Assembly (NCBI RefSeq): GCF_009914755.1
Contig: NC_060925.1
Strand: one strand, 5' to 3'
DNA from: the human T2T-CHM13v2.0 reference genome, Homo sapiens
DNA length: 64,000 nucleotides
In this document: piece by piece, positions 10,149 through 32,700 of the stretch
How the letters are laid out: each line of letters starts with the position of its first letter
Position numbering within the stretch: the stretch's first letter is position 1
Program-made: the position numbers and the translations under genes
Notes under the pieces: generated by a model
The model's database searches: none
What the model was told of the DNA's origin: nothing
Seen by the model: the letters and a program-made list of their open reading frames with translations, nothing else

Positions 10149-11621
10149 CTGGGGAGAGAGGCCTGGTCAGTCCTCACAGATGAGGTGGGGGTAGTGGGTA
10201 CAAGCTAAGGTCAGAGGGGCCCAGCAACCCCAGCCTGTAGGACATAGGCCATGGGGCCCACAGCGTCAGCAATGCTCTGGGTCCTGCTTCAGCCTGAGCC
10301 CACCAGCCCGCCGCCCACAGACACAGGTGCCTTCTGGGCAGGGAAGGTATACTTAAGGCCCATTTTTGGACTAATTGCTTCATGCTGGCCAAGCCCTCTT
10401 GGCCTGGAGTGGTATTTGAGGCCCAGAGCCTGAAGCATATACTGGAGACACCTGGGCTGACCAGAGGAAGTCTCTTTACTCTGGTTCCCTCCTGTCTGTG
10501 CCCCGCACTCCCATCCTAGGCCTTGCACATTTGGGATGGGGCCTCACTGCTTGGCTATACCCTGTCCCAGCACCTCAGATCTGCACTGTCCCTACCTCCC
10601 AGACAGAAGTAGTACCCCCATGAGACCAGTACCCGAGAGCTGGCCTGCAGGCGCCAGCCCTGACCACCAGAGGCCACTTCTGAGCCAGGCCCACATCACT
10701 TTCATCACTGGTCACTGTCACCTTCCCTCTCTCCCAGGCTCCTAAAAACAGAGTCCATACTCTCTGGACTCAGGGACCTGATACTCAAATGTCCCTGGTT
10801 CCCCGGCCTGGGATCACTCCTCATATCTGCCCTGAAATTCCAAATACAGTAAACACTTGTTCCTCGAATTCTATAATCTGGGCCCAAACTCCCTCTAGGT
10901 TTCTATATTCCTCACGCTTGGGCCAAGGGTGCCACAATCTCCACACAGGTCCCCTTCTAGGTCAGTTAGAAAAGCCACCATGCCTGGCTCCTAATCCCCT
11001 CTCATCCTCCTGTTCAGAGACAAAGGGCCCTTTGTCAGGGGAATGTGACTTTGGAGAGTGCTGGGGTCAGACAGGTCCGGGTTCAACTCTTGGCACCACT
11101 ATGTATCAATAGTAAGAACAAGGAGCAGCTTACTACTTTCTGAGTCTGGGTCCCCATCTATAAGATTACGGTGAAATTGGGATAACACCCACCTCATAAG
11201 GTTATGGGTAAAATTAGATGAAAAAAAATGTATCTCAAATGATCAAAGCAGTACCTGACACAAAGTAAACTCTCAACCAACAGCAGCAGTAATTAGTGAT
11301 GTGGTAGTGACAAGGAGAAAATCGTATGGCCACAGTAGTTAAATGACCCATGGCTAAACAGGGATGGTCAGCAGAGGTACCTTGCCATCAGCCGCCTGAC
11401 CTCCTAGCCCTGGAGTGCCTAAGCATCCCTCCCAAGACTCTGAAGAGGAGGCTGCTTAAGGCCACCCACATTCTCCCAAATGCTCAAATCTGACAGAGGC
11501 CTTTCAGTCCCCACTGTATGTTTCTCCCTGGCAGCATCTGGAATCACACACTCCTAGAAATATTATCTTGCAGCCCAGTCTCTTCAATAAGCCAGTAACA
11601 TGAAAAAAGGGGCTGTTCTAT

Positions 11622-12165
<544 letters not shown>

Positions 12166-12450
12166 TTAAAAGAGCCTTAAGAAGAAACAAAATAACTAGA
12201 TGCAATGTGTGATCTTAGATTGGATCCTGTTTGGGGCACATCTGCTATAAAGGATGCTTTAGGGACAATTAGGGAATCTGAATATGGACTGGAAACTAAA
12301 TGAGATCAAACAAGAAGGTGGAGATCATGATCTGAAAAAAGCAGGATACAAAGCAGTAGATTCAATAGGTCTCATGTAGGTAAAGAGAAGATATACCCCC
12401 CAAAAAAGCTGGAAGGATATACACTAAGTGTAAATAGAGGTCATCTCTAG

Positions 12451-12778
<328 letters not shown>

Positions 12779-13499
12779 TTGTTTTCTTTTAAATAATAAA
12801 ATATTAGAGTTTTGGGTTGGACTTTTTTTTTTTCCTCTACATTCATCCTGTCCTCCCTATTGGAAAGTCTTCCTTTCCAAGACTACCCCTCCCCCAACCC
12901 TGCAACCTCAACACCTCTGCCTTCTCTGGGATCTTACTCCATCTACTTTCTCCCTCATGCCTTCTGCCCAAGTAGCATCTTTACCCCTGCCCTGTACAAC
13001 GGCCCATTTCCCAAAGACTCTGCAGATTCTGCCACACCTTCCTGGGTTTTCATATCCATCTCTGGCCACTCCTCCTTTCCTTGTAGGACCCTCTTCATCT
13101 TCCACTCCATTAAGTTTGGGTTCCTCAGGACTGTCCTAGGCCCTCTTCTGTCCCTCTACACACTCCCTGGGGGATCTCATCCACTCCAGAGCCTATGGAT
13201 TCTCTTCTAGTGTTCCGGTCTCAAAAAACACACCCCCCTCTACCCAGGAGGTGCCCAGCCAGAAACCTGGCATTACCCTGGGAACCTCCCTATCCCTGTG
13301 CCCATGCCCAATCTCTCATTAAACTACCATTCTACCTCCTGACAAACTCCTCAATCCATCACCTTACCTCTACCGACACCCCCAACTCCAAGGTCCTGAC
13401 TACCCTCTATCCCTGGATCATGGCAAGCCCCTCTAAACTCACTTCTGGCTTCCTGCCCCACCCCTCCTATCTCCCCGCTACTCTGCAGCAAGGAACTTT

Positions 13500-13804
<305 letters not shown>

Positions 13805-14794
13805 TGATTCACGAATCTAACATCACATCCCTGCTTAAATACCCTGAGGACCCCCTCCAAGCCCCACCTCTTGCCGGGTACCTGTCCCTTCATTCTTCAT
13901 CCCAGCCATACTTGACTATTCCTGGTCCCCCTGCCTGCCCTCAAGGATCTCAGGCTAATGAAGAAGCCAGACAAGCCGAGCCCAGTGAGCAGAACTCGCA
14001 GCTGAAACTGCCCGCAGTGAGGCTGTCTGTAAAAAGCAACACCAGAGCCCCAGCCTCGGAGGTCGGGGAGAGACTTCAAGCTCAGAACTACATTTTCCCC
14101 CAGTCTCTCTCCCATTCCAGGGCCACCACACACCTCAGTCAGGCGGGATGTGGACGTGGGTGAGTGGAGGGATGCTGAGGGAAAGGGGGCTCAGCTGGCC
14201 TTTCTCCCAGGTGCCCCCCCACTGCTCAGTCCAAGGCTTCCAGCTGGCAGTTGGAGCTGTCTGTATGGGTACCCCTGCAGGAGGCTGTTTGGGGGAGAGA
14301 TCTGGGCTGAGGAGGGGAAGGTGGAGCTGGAGGCCCAAGATGTGAGAGAGGCTTCCAAAATATAACCAGGTCCTGCTAAGGCCCTCTGCAGTTACCACAG
14401 TCTCTATATCCAACCTTGGTTGGATGAGAAGAAGCGTGAATCTCTTTTCCAAGAGGCCCTACTAGTCTGGGAATGTGAAAGGTGCCATGGGCAGTCATAA
14501 GACAGAAACTCACCTGGTGGGAAAGGAGGAGGTCCTGGGAGTACAAGCTATGTCCAGACACCCAGCCCTGGCTCCTGCTGCCCGCAGAGGCACTGGCCAG
14601 TTAATAGGGACTGGAGCCTGGGCCGACTCTACAACTGTAGGGCACATCAAGGGTGGGCTGCCCATTGTGGAATGCAGGGAGGAAGGAAGGGGAAGCCATC
14701 AGGAGACCAAAGGGGTCACGCCAGGCCACAGAGCTGGCAGCCAAGTGGGGATAATCCCACCAAGTCCCTATAACCCCATGGCCTTCCTCACAGG

Positions 14795-15023
14795 CTTTTT
14801 TTTTTTTTTTTTTTTTTGAGACGGAATCTCACCCTGTCACCCAGGCTGGAGTGCAATGGCACAATCTCTGCTCATGCAACCTCCACCTCCTGGGCTCAAG
14901 CGATTCTCCTGCCTCAGCCTCCCAAGTAGCTGGGATTACAGGCACGTGCCACCAGGCCGGCTAATTTTTGTATTTTTAGTAGAGACAGGGTTTGACCATG
15001 TTGGCCAGGCTGGTCTCGAACTC
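14795..15023 (-). mobile_element. AluS, 5'-truncated
   Basis: poly-T followed by antisense Alu, ending at CTCGAACT. Confidence 0.85.
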
Positions 15024-15113
15024 TAGAGGCTGTTCTTAAAGCCATTCCCAGTCCTGCCTCAAAGGTGGTCAGCCCTCACGGCAGCCCAGGGGAGAGGGCA
15101 CCAGAGTACTCAC

Positions 15114-15235
15114 CCTTTTGTGGTAGATGGCACTGTACTTGGCAAGGTTCTTGTCCTTGCAGCCACCCCAGCCCAAGAGAATCACCACAGGCTGCCGAGT
15201 TTCTGCCTCCTTCCCACCTGGGCTGGGGCTGTTCT
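15114..15235 (-). CDS. TMEM53: TMEM53 exon 2 ([41 protein letters not shown])
   Basis: TTTCAG acceptor, AGG|GTGAGT donor; 122 nt; 61+122+651 = 834 nt = 277 codons + stop. Confidence 0.96.
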
Positions 15236-15532
15236 CTGAAACACAGATGTGGACTGTCAACACCAGAGCTGGGGTGGGGGCGGGGGTGACTGCCCAATCC
15301 AGAGTCAGCAGCACTCCGGCTGCTGCAGGCAGGGAACAACGGGTGCCAGGCCCAGGCATCCTGCCAGCACGCATGCACCAGTTCCCACCCCGTGCTGCTC
15401 CAGCTGCCTTTCTGCAGGAGGCACCATGGGGTCACCGGACAAACCAACACAAGGGCACCTTTCTTTAGAGACTCGAAGACAGCCCAAGTGAGGAAAGTAA
15501 ATACCTTGTCCACGCCCTTTCCTCTTCTGATC

Positions 15533-16441
<909 letters not shown>

Positions 16442-17982
16442 GAACAAGAAAGTCTTAAAAGGAGAAATGGATAGGACAGTGCAGGCAGGGACATGAGGCT
16501 GACTCTGGCCCATACCAAGCCACCTACCCTGTCCTGCCAGAGAATAGCCTATATTTATTGAGGTTTAACCCTTATAACAATACTCTAAGGCAGGTCCTCT
16601 TATTACAGATGAAGAAACTGAGGCAGAGTGAGGTTAAGGTACTTGTCTAAGCAAAGTGTAGGGCTGGGAATCTGGCCCCTGCTCCCCACCCTAAACTACT
16701 CCAGCACCATCTGTGCTGCCACCCCATCCACAGCTGGTGATATGCTAAGAGGCACAAACCAGCCGCCACCACCACCAGGGCTGCCTTTGAGGAAGCCTCC
16801 CTGCAACCTTGTCAAACAGACCTCATCTCATTTCCCCTGCAAAGTGAATACCCGCCCCCTCAGGGGGACTTCTGTACAAGGACCGTCTGTAGCCAGTTAA
16901 TCTGCCCTCCCAAAAGGGCCGGCATGCACCCTTCCAAGGACCAAGCCACTTGGCTATGCTCAGCTGCCACCCTGAAATTTATGGATGCCGGTGGTGACCT
17001 GGCAACAGTAAATTTCAAGGCTAGTTAAGAGGATGGTAAATATAAATCACTAACCTTTGGACAAAAGGAAGACAACAATTTCCTGTGGAAATTAATGTGA
17101 TTGAAAAGTTCAATGTTCCTGCTCTCTAGTGGTGGTGACTCTGGCCTTCGGAGATTAACTGCCCGCACCGGTGGGGGTCCCAGGCCTGGCTGCAACTCAG
17201 CCTGGAGCAGAAGCTGCCAAAGCCTCAGTCCCCTGCTGACACCTGCCAGCCCTCCCGGCCTCCACAGGTGCTGGCTCGGCCTCTGATAAGGGAGACAGTC
17301 CCACAGGTCTATCTCAAGCAGCTCCAAATATTCTCACCACTTTTCTCAGCCTAGTGTCCCCATCTTCTGCCAGATGGCTCTTCACCTGCACTGGCCTTTC
17401 TGGTGGAGAGGCCCTGGGCCTCAGTGGGGCCCCAGGCCAACCTTGCTGGGTCTGACTCTGCCCACGAGGCTCAGGCTGCGGCGGCCTCATGGAGGGTAAT
17501 CAGCAGCTACCGTTTGAACCTGCTTTTGCATCTTCGAGACCCAGCAACTCAATTTCCAAGACCCTGTTCTGGGAGGCTCCCTTACCTCTGCAGCTGTCTG
17601 AGAACAGGCTCCCCCTCCCCTGCCTACAGGGTTGCCCCCATGTGCCACCACCGAGACACCAGCAAAGGGCTTTGGGATTTATCGCAAATACAGAGAAAGC
17701 AACCAAGGGAGGTCACATCCCCTGGCAGCCACGGGATGTCAAGGCCAGCCCCCACCAGCAGAGATGGTGCACTCCCAATTGCCAGAGGTTCAAACAGCTG
17801 CTGCTGGGCCTCCCAACTGCCCCTCCTCCTGAGGCTGGGATTTGTAACTCCGTTTTGCTGGCAACCTTGGCTTTACCAACTCAGGCAGGAATGACTCTTC
17901 ACCCTCCATGAAGGCGAAGAAACCCTCAGAATTCTGGCACCCTGGAGAGACTGCCTACTCCCATAGCCCAAGCTTTCTGTAA

Positions 17983-19406
<1,424 letters not shown>

Positions 19407-20292
19407 TTGCAATACTCTTATGAGCAAGAATTCTCATTTTACAGACGAAAACCTGAGGCACATACGAAACGGCTTGCTCAGGGTTACATAACTAACAAGC
19501 AGTGAAGCTGAAATCCAAACCCAGCTGGTCTAACTCTAAAGACCAGCTTGTATCCGCTATCCTAGCCAGCCCTGTAGATAACAAAACCATCTCCATCACC
19601 TCAGCTCCAAACCTGTATACATGGCTGCCTCCTGTACATCAAGAGACCCCATAAATGACCTCATCTACCTGCTTCTCCCAGCCAGAACTTCAATATATGC
19701 TGCCTCATTTGGTCTTGCAACCATCCTAGGAGTTAGCTACTATTTCTATCCCCATTTTACATAAGAGAAAACTAAAACACAGAGAGGGGAAGTCCCTTTC
19801 CCCCAAGAACACACAGCCAGGAAGCAGCAGAGCCAGCGCCCACTATCCGGACCAGCGTGCTCTACCGCCTCCACCACCGCGACCTTGCACTTGCTCTCTG
19901 CTCTCCAGCCCACGATGCTGATGCTCCGTGTTCATGCTTTGCTAATGCCCATTCCACCTATAGAATCAGCTCACTACTTACTTCCAGGAAGCCTTCCTTG
20001 ACGCCCTCCCCAACCCCTTCTCACCACCCCCCACCCCAAACCATCAGACTGAGTGAGGTGCCCCTCCTCTGTACTGCCACAGCACCCACCACCACACCAC
20101 TGCACTTAACACACACTATACTGACATCATCAGGAACAGGTAGGAGGCTACTGTAAAATTCAAGGCAAGAGATGGTGAAGGCCTGAACCAGAGCAGTGGA
20201 GAGACAGATAGGGAGGGGTAGAAATGACAGGAAGAAAACGGTCACAAGAATTCTGGAACATGTATCAAAAGTCTCAAAAACATGCAATCTTT

Positions 20293-20588
<296 letters not shown>

Positions 20589-20669
20589 CATGCAATCTTT
20601 GACTTGGTAATTCCACTTATAAGAAAGAAAAACGTTAAATCATGGAGAAATATTCAATAATACATTAAG

Positions 20670-22150
<1,481 letters not shown>

Positions 22151-22201
22151 AATAATAGTAATACATTAAGTGAAAACACAAGTTATAAAGCAATATCATA
22201 A

Positions 22202-25034
<2,833 letters not shown>

Positions 25035-25330
25035 AGAAAGGGCTCTTATCTAGAGGTGAAAGAAAAGAGATCATGATTCCAAAAATAAATACAACTCCTC
25101 TGTATTAAAAAAAAAAAAAAAAAAAAAAGACCTTTGGGGTCCTCGTAGACAAGACAAGGATCAAATCCCAAACGACTCTCTTCACCTGGGTCTTTGAGGT
25201 CTGTCCATCATGACAGATCTTCAGGTTTTCATCTAATTCTCCACCCACAAAAGCACAGCGCAGCCTCCTGCCAGGCCCCTGTTCCCTCCAGCCACTCACT
25301 GTCCCCCTTCAGGGATTTACTTCTGCACTT

Positions 25331-25409
25331 TCTCCCATCCAAGTTCCAAGCAGGCCTGACACTGCTTAGCTTCTGAGATCTGCATGTTCAAGGTGGTATG
25401 GCCATGGAC
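25331..25409 (-). pseudogene. 5S rRNA pseudogene, 3'-truncated with an internal deletion
   Basis: Minus strand GTCCATGGCCATACCACCTTGAACATGCA-GATCTCAGAAGCTAAGCAGTGTCAGGCCTGCTTGGAACTTGGATGGGAGA aligns to about the first 90 nt of human 5S rRNA. Confidence 0.9.
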
Positions 25410-26423
25410 TTGACTTCCACACTTTCTGCTGCTCACCATGGGGGTCTGTCAGCCCTCCTGAAGCTTCAGGTCCAGCTTGGGCTGCTCTACTCTAGGAAGC
25501 CTCTCCCACCACAGGGCCCACCATGGTGGTCCAGACCCTTCAGCACTGTCTCCTGGGTGTCCGAGACAACTTCCTGAGGGTTAAAATGATGTCTATATTT
25601 CTTTGACCTCAGCCAGTGATGAGCAAAAAAGGCATGCGGTAAAACCTGGGGAGCAAAAACCCCCTCACTTCCCCTCTCTGTGATCCCCTTAAGACCTTCT
25701 GTTTACTTTAAGAGCAAAATGTTTGTCCCATGACCAGGCCCCAGACCCATTAATTCTATGAATGAATTTTTCTTTATGTTTACTGAACATGAGAGCCACA
25801 CGGTGCCTTTAAGAAGGTTGCTGGCCTATGAGCAAGTCACAGAGGGGATCTAGGTGGGACTTGGCTGACCATTCTCTGGATGGGAGGAGGGGTGGCACGG
25901 CCTGGGCCTGGGATGTCAGAGCAGCTCTGGCTTGGGCCTACAGTGCTGCCAAGTGATTCCATTCAGCTCACTTGGTACATCATCCCTCCCAGGCCCTGGT
26001 GACAGTGAGTGAAGCCATCAAAAACACGACAACAGGAAAATATAGTGCTTATGGAAGCCCCAGGAGAGACCCTTCCCAAATGAAATGAAGTAAGAGAGGG
26101 TATTGAGAGACTGAGGGGATCACTGGCCTGGGAAAAAGAGAGGGAGGAGGGAAGACAGATTCTGGGTCAAACGACCGGCTTTAGCAAAGGCCTGGGCAGA
26201 CGACCATCGGTGTGGGCAGCCAATAGGTACTGGCTGGTAGGATTCCCAGCAGAAGGATGTTGGGCTGCCAAGCCTGACCTACAAGGCCCAGGGCTCTGAA
26301 TGACCCCAGATCTGCAGCTGCCTTCCAGCTAGCTAATGTGCCAGCATCAGCTTCTCTGTCAGCTCACAGCAGTGATGGGCTCTGTGGTTTCGATTTTTCA
26401 AATACAGGGGAAAAGTAATTTCA

Positions 26424-26899
<476 letters not shown>

Positions 26900-29276
26900 T
26901 CAGAAACTAAATATGAATGTCCTATACACTTCTCCACCATTAAACAGTAATTGCAAAAGACAGACAATCTCTGGAGCTCCAAAAGACTGTCACTCTATCA
27001 GGCCATGTTGGCCTGGAGGGAAGCTCTGCAGATAGGAAGCAAATGGATTCAGGGGACCACAGCGTCGTGATCTCCTTCTGAGGGGTTTGACAACCTCTAG
27101 CTCTCCTCTGGAGCATGGACTGTGAGAGGGAAGGGCAATGAATTAAAGCCAGTCAGGAGCAGCAATAAGGAGGAGAAACAACTGAAAGCCGTGGAGGTGT
27201 TTCCCTTGGAGGAAATGTGAAGGCACGAAGCTGTCCTCTTGAACAGAGGAAGAGAGATTCCTTGCTCTGTATCGTTCCCACCACAATGCTCTAGCCCTGC
27301 AGTTAGCACACCATTTTGAAACCACCTGCTTATAAATTCACTCCCCTCCCCAAAACCTCAGCTCCTTGGGCGTGTGAGTCACTTCTGAGTGGCCAACAAC
27401 GATCCCACAGCCAGGACACAGCAAATACTGAACTGAGAGCGGAAATTACAGGAAGGCCTATTGTGGCTCAGGAAAGGGAAGTGCTTTCTAACAATCCCAG
27501 CTGCCTCCAACAGGCTAGAATGTTTGGGCAGAAGCATCGCCCCAGGGAAGGGTCTGCTAGCAATGGAATGCACTCATGCCAACAGAGGGAGGCAGGACAA
27601 AACAGTCTCTGAGATTTCTTCCAATTCTAAGACCCAGCCTCCTGGAGCAGCAAAGGGAGCCATGGGATCCGCCACTGCACTCCGGCCTGGGCGACAGGGG
27701 AGACTCCATCTCTTAAAAAAAAAAAAAAAGAAAGGGGGGCTGAGGGGGAACCACAGGGGAGCAATGCAATGGCAGCACCTGCACTGTGCCAGGGACACAC
27801 ATCCAAACGCTACCTCGTAACCCTCGCAATCCCACGAGGAGGTAGGCACTAGTACTCTTCCCATTTCACAGTGGAGGAATCTCAGGCTCAGGGAGGTTCA
27901 ATAGCTTGCCAAAGACATATAACTTGTAAGACATGGAGCTGAAATGTGAACCAGGACCACGAGGCTGCCCTCCTGGCCGTGCAGAAGGCAGCTCCAACCC
28001 TTTGCAGCCGAAGACTCTCCAAAGGAAATAATATTAACTGACTTCATGGCTTGCTGACGCCAAAACGTGTCCAAAGTATTTTTACATCTATAAACCCAAA
28101 AGCGCTAAGCCAGCAGATCCAGTTCTAGGGAAAAACAGCTGGTCTGGGGCCATCTGTTCTGCGGGAGTCTAAGGGCTGCCCTCTCCTAGACTCCAACCAA
28201 AGAACATGAGATGCTACGGGAGGGATCTGGGAAGGCTCTCCTTAAGGAGGTAAGTTTTATGGAGAGCAGAGTATAAGATCAAACCTTTGCATTAGAAAGA
28301 TCACTGTGGTAGCAGTTTAAGAGGCTGGGCTGCAGGCAGTGAGACAGGAGGCGTGAAGGCGATGCTGGACTAATGCAAGTGAGGGACACGCTGGCCTCAG
28401 GCTGATCATACTTCAAGGCCCTTCTGCCAGAATTCCCAGAGAGACCAAACTTTCCACTCTCTGGACCCCGATCTACTCACACTGTCATGGATGCGGGCCT
28501 GCTGTCAATCCTAATTTTGTGGAGACTCCTACATGTCTTTCTTTAATGTAAGGAGAGAAACAATGCTGATCGTAAATGCCAATTACTGAACTCACTCCAT
28601 GCCAGGCCCTTTACACAATCTCCAGATGGCCCCAACAGCCCTATGAGGAAGGTTACTATCCTTATCCCGGTTTTGCAGAGGAGGAAACTGAAGTTCAGAG
28701 AAGGTAGCTTACCAAAGGTAATCCAGCTCCTAAAGGAAGGAGTCAGGATTTCAGTCGAGTTCTACCCGACGGCAGAGACTGCACTGTTAACCACTGCCGA
28801 GAAGAGTGGAGAGGGACGGCTAAGGGTTCTGAGTCCCGGGCTTCTGCGAGGATCGGTGACCCCGCGAGCCTCCCCCTCCACGCCTTCGGGAAAATAATAA
28901 GTGATAGGCTAGATGTGGGAAGCCCAATCCCAAACAAAGGAATCAGGAGGGATCCAGCTTTCGGCAGCCTTCAGCTATGAGAAGTGATTAAAGGGCATGG
29001 ACCTGAGCACCCCGGACAGGAAAGACAGAAAAAGAGGTCCCAAGCGAGCAGCTGACTCGGGCAGAGGCGGGGCTCGCCAGGGAGGAACACTCTGGGGCGG
29101 GACTTACGAGGGGCGGGGCTCTCTGAGCCTCTCTAAGTCTAGGACCTGCCAGACCCTATGAGGGGGCGGCCCGAGGGAGGGCGGGGCCGCATGAGGGGCG
29201 GGGCTACAGCTGCGCTCGCAACCCACAGGTTCATGAGGTCACCTCCCCGCGCCTGGACCCAACCCTCATTCCATAC

Positions 29277-29337
29277 TCTGGCTCCAGCAGGGCTGATCCG
29301 GGATCTCGATGGTGTAGTCCAGCTCTGCCGAGGCCAT
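29277..29337 (-). CDS. TMEM53: TMEM53 exon 1 coding part (MASAELDYTIEIPDQPCWSQ)
   Basis: ACCATGG strong Kozak context at 29337, GTATGG donor after 29277; 61 nt. Confidence 0.95.
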
Positions 29338-29619
29338 GGTGAAGGCGCCGGCCCAGAGCACGGGTCTCCAGCCGGAACTCCCGCTTGCGCACCCGTGCCT
29401 CACCCGGGCGCCTCCTGGGCGCCGCCCAATCACCACACACCTCCCCCAACACGGCCCAATCCCTGCGCCGCGCTCTGTGACCTCCCGCCTTAGCAACCAC
29501 CGAGTCTCTTCCAGAGCCTCTCGCCTCACCCCACTAGCTCGGCCCTAGCAACCATGCCCCGCCCCTATTACTGACCCGCAGCCATTGGCTAATTCGCTTG
29601 ATCTGGATCAGGTATTGGT

Positions 29620-29819
29620 CAGCCGGGGCGCCGGTCAGGAAGAGTCCCCACCCTCTCATGTAGGTGAGAGGCGGCTGAAGAGTTGCTGTATTCTGGGAAT
29701 GGGCAGGGTCACTCGTCCGAACAGAGTCCTATCCTACGCGGCGGAAGAGTGTGCCCTTTGACTTGCATCGTCTACCTACCTCTGCCATCCTCTACCAGCC
29801 GCAACTGCGAGGGCTGGAG
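29620..29819 (+). other. ARMH1: Probable non-coding first exon of ARMH1
   Basis: Lies immediately downstream of the promoter; candidate donor GAG|GTATAA at 29820 (alternative TAG|GTGAGA at 29664); TSS is approximate. Confidence 0.5.
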
Positions 29820-29894
29820 GTATAAAACCGTACAAAACGGCCTAGGGGGCGCGTGCCGACCCAACCTCCACCCAGTGGGGTTGAGGCATATTCT

Positions 29895-29928
29895 GGATGG
29901 ATGGATGGATGGATGGATGGGTGGATGG
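29895..29928 (+). repeat. (GGAT)n microsatellite
   Basis: GGATGGATGGATGGATGGATGGATGGGTGGATGG. Confidence 0.9.
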
Positions 29929-30321
29929 GAAGCAGTCTTCAGTTGATGACTTTAGAGAATGCCCTGTTGATAGGGCCCACCGAGGAGCTGGGAGTGCAAC
30001 TTTCTTGCATTTATCTATATTTACATACTATGTGCCAGCATATTTACATACTATGTGCCAGAGACTGGGTGGGCTAAATAAGGTTCCTTAGGCCCTAGTG
30101 AGAATCAAGCTTTTGGCCCTCCCTCTCCCATGTCTTAACGGGAGAGGGAGAGAAACCATGCATGAAGCAACTCTGATTCTGCGTGTGAGATAAATACTAC
30201 AGAAGAGTAAGGATTTGAGGAGCTCAGAATCAGAGAAGGGGCATTTATGGCAGTGGGGTTGGCTCTTGAGCTGGGCCTTGAAAGACTTTTAGAGATAGGG
30301 AGGGGGAAAGACTCTTTGCAT

Positions 30322-32700
<2,379 letters not shown>

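Larger units (their letters stand above)
29050..29860. promoter_or_regulatory. CpG-rich bidirectional promoter for TMEM53 (-) and ARMH1 (+)
   Basis: High CpG density; several GGGCGG boxes; CCAAT at 29426 and 29456; ATTGG at 29584 and 29614; TAGCAAC at 29491 and 29546; ZNF143-like GTATTCTGGGAA at 29688. Confidence 0.85.

Noticed and set aside
15236-15374. Upstream extension of the TMEM53 exon 2 ORF (MRAGRMPG...)
   Set aside because: Lies upstream of a clear acceptor; the exon 1 phase matches splicing at 15235, and there is no promoter evidence here
29821-29827. TATAAAA resembling a TATA box
   Set aside because: Overlaps the likely ARMH1 exon 1 donor (GAG|GTATAA) and lies downstream of the CCAAT/GC core; cannot be supported as a promoter element
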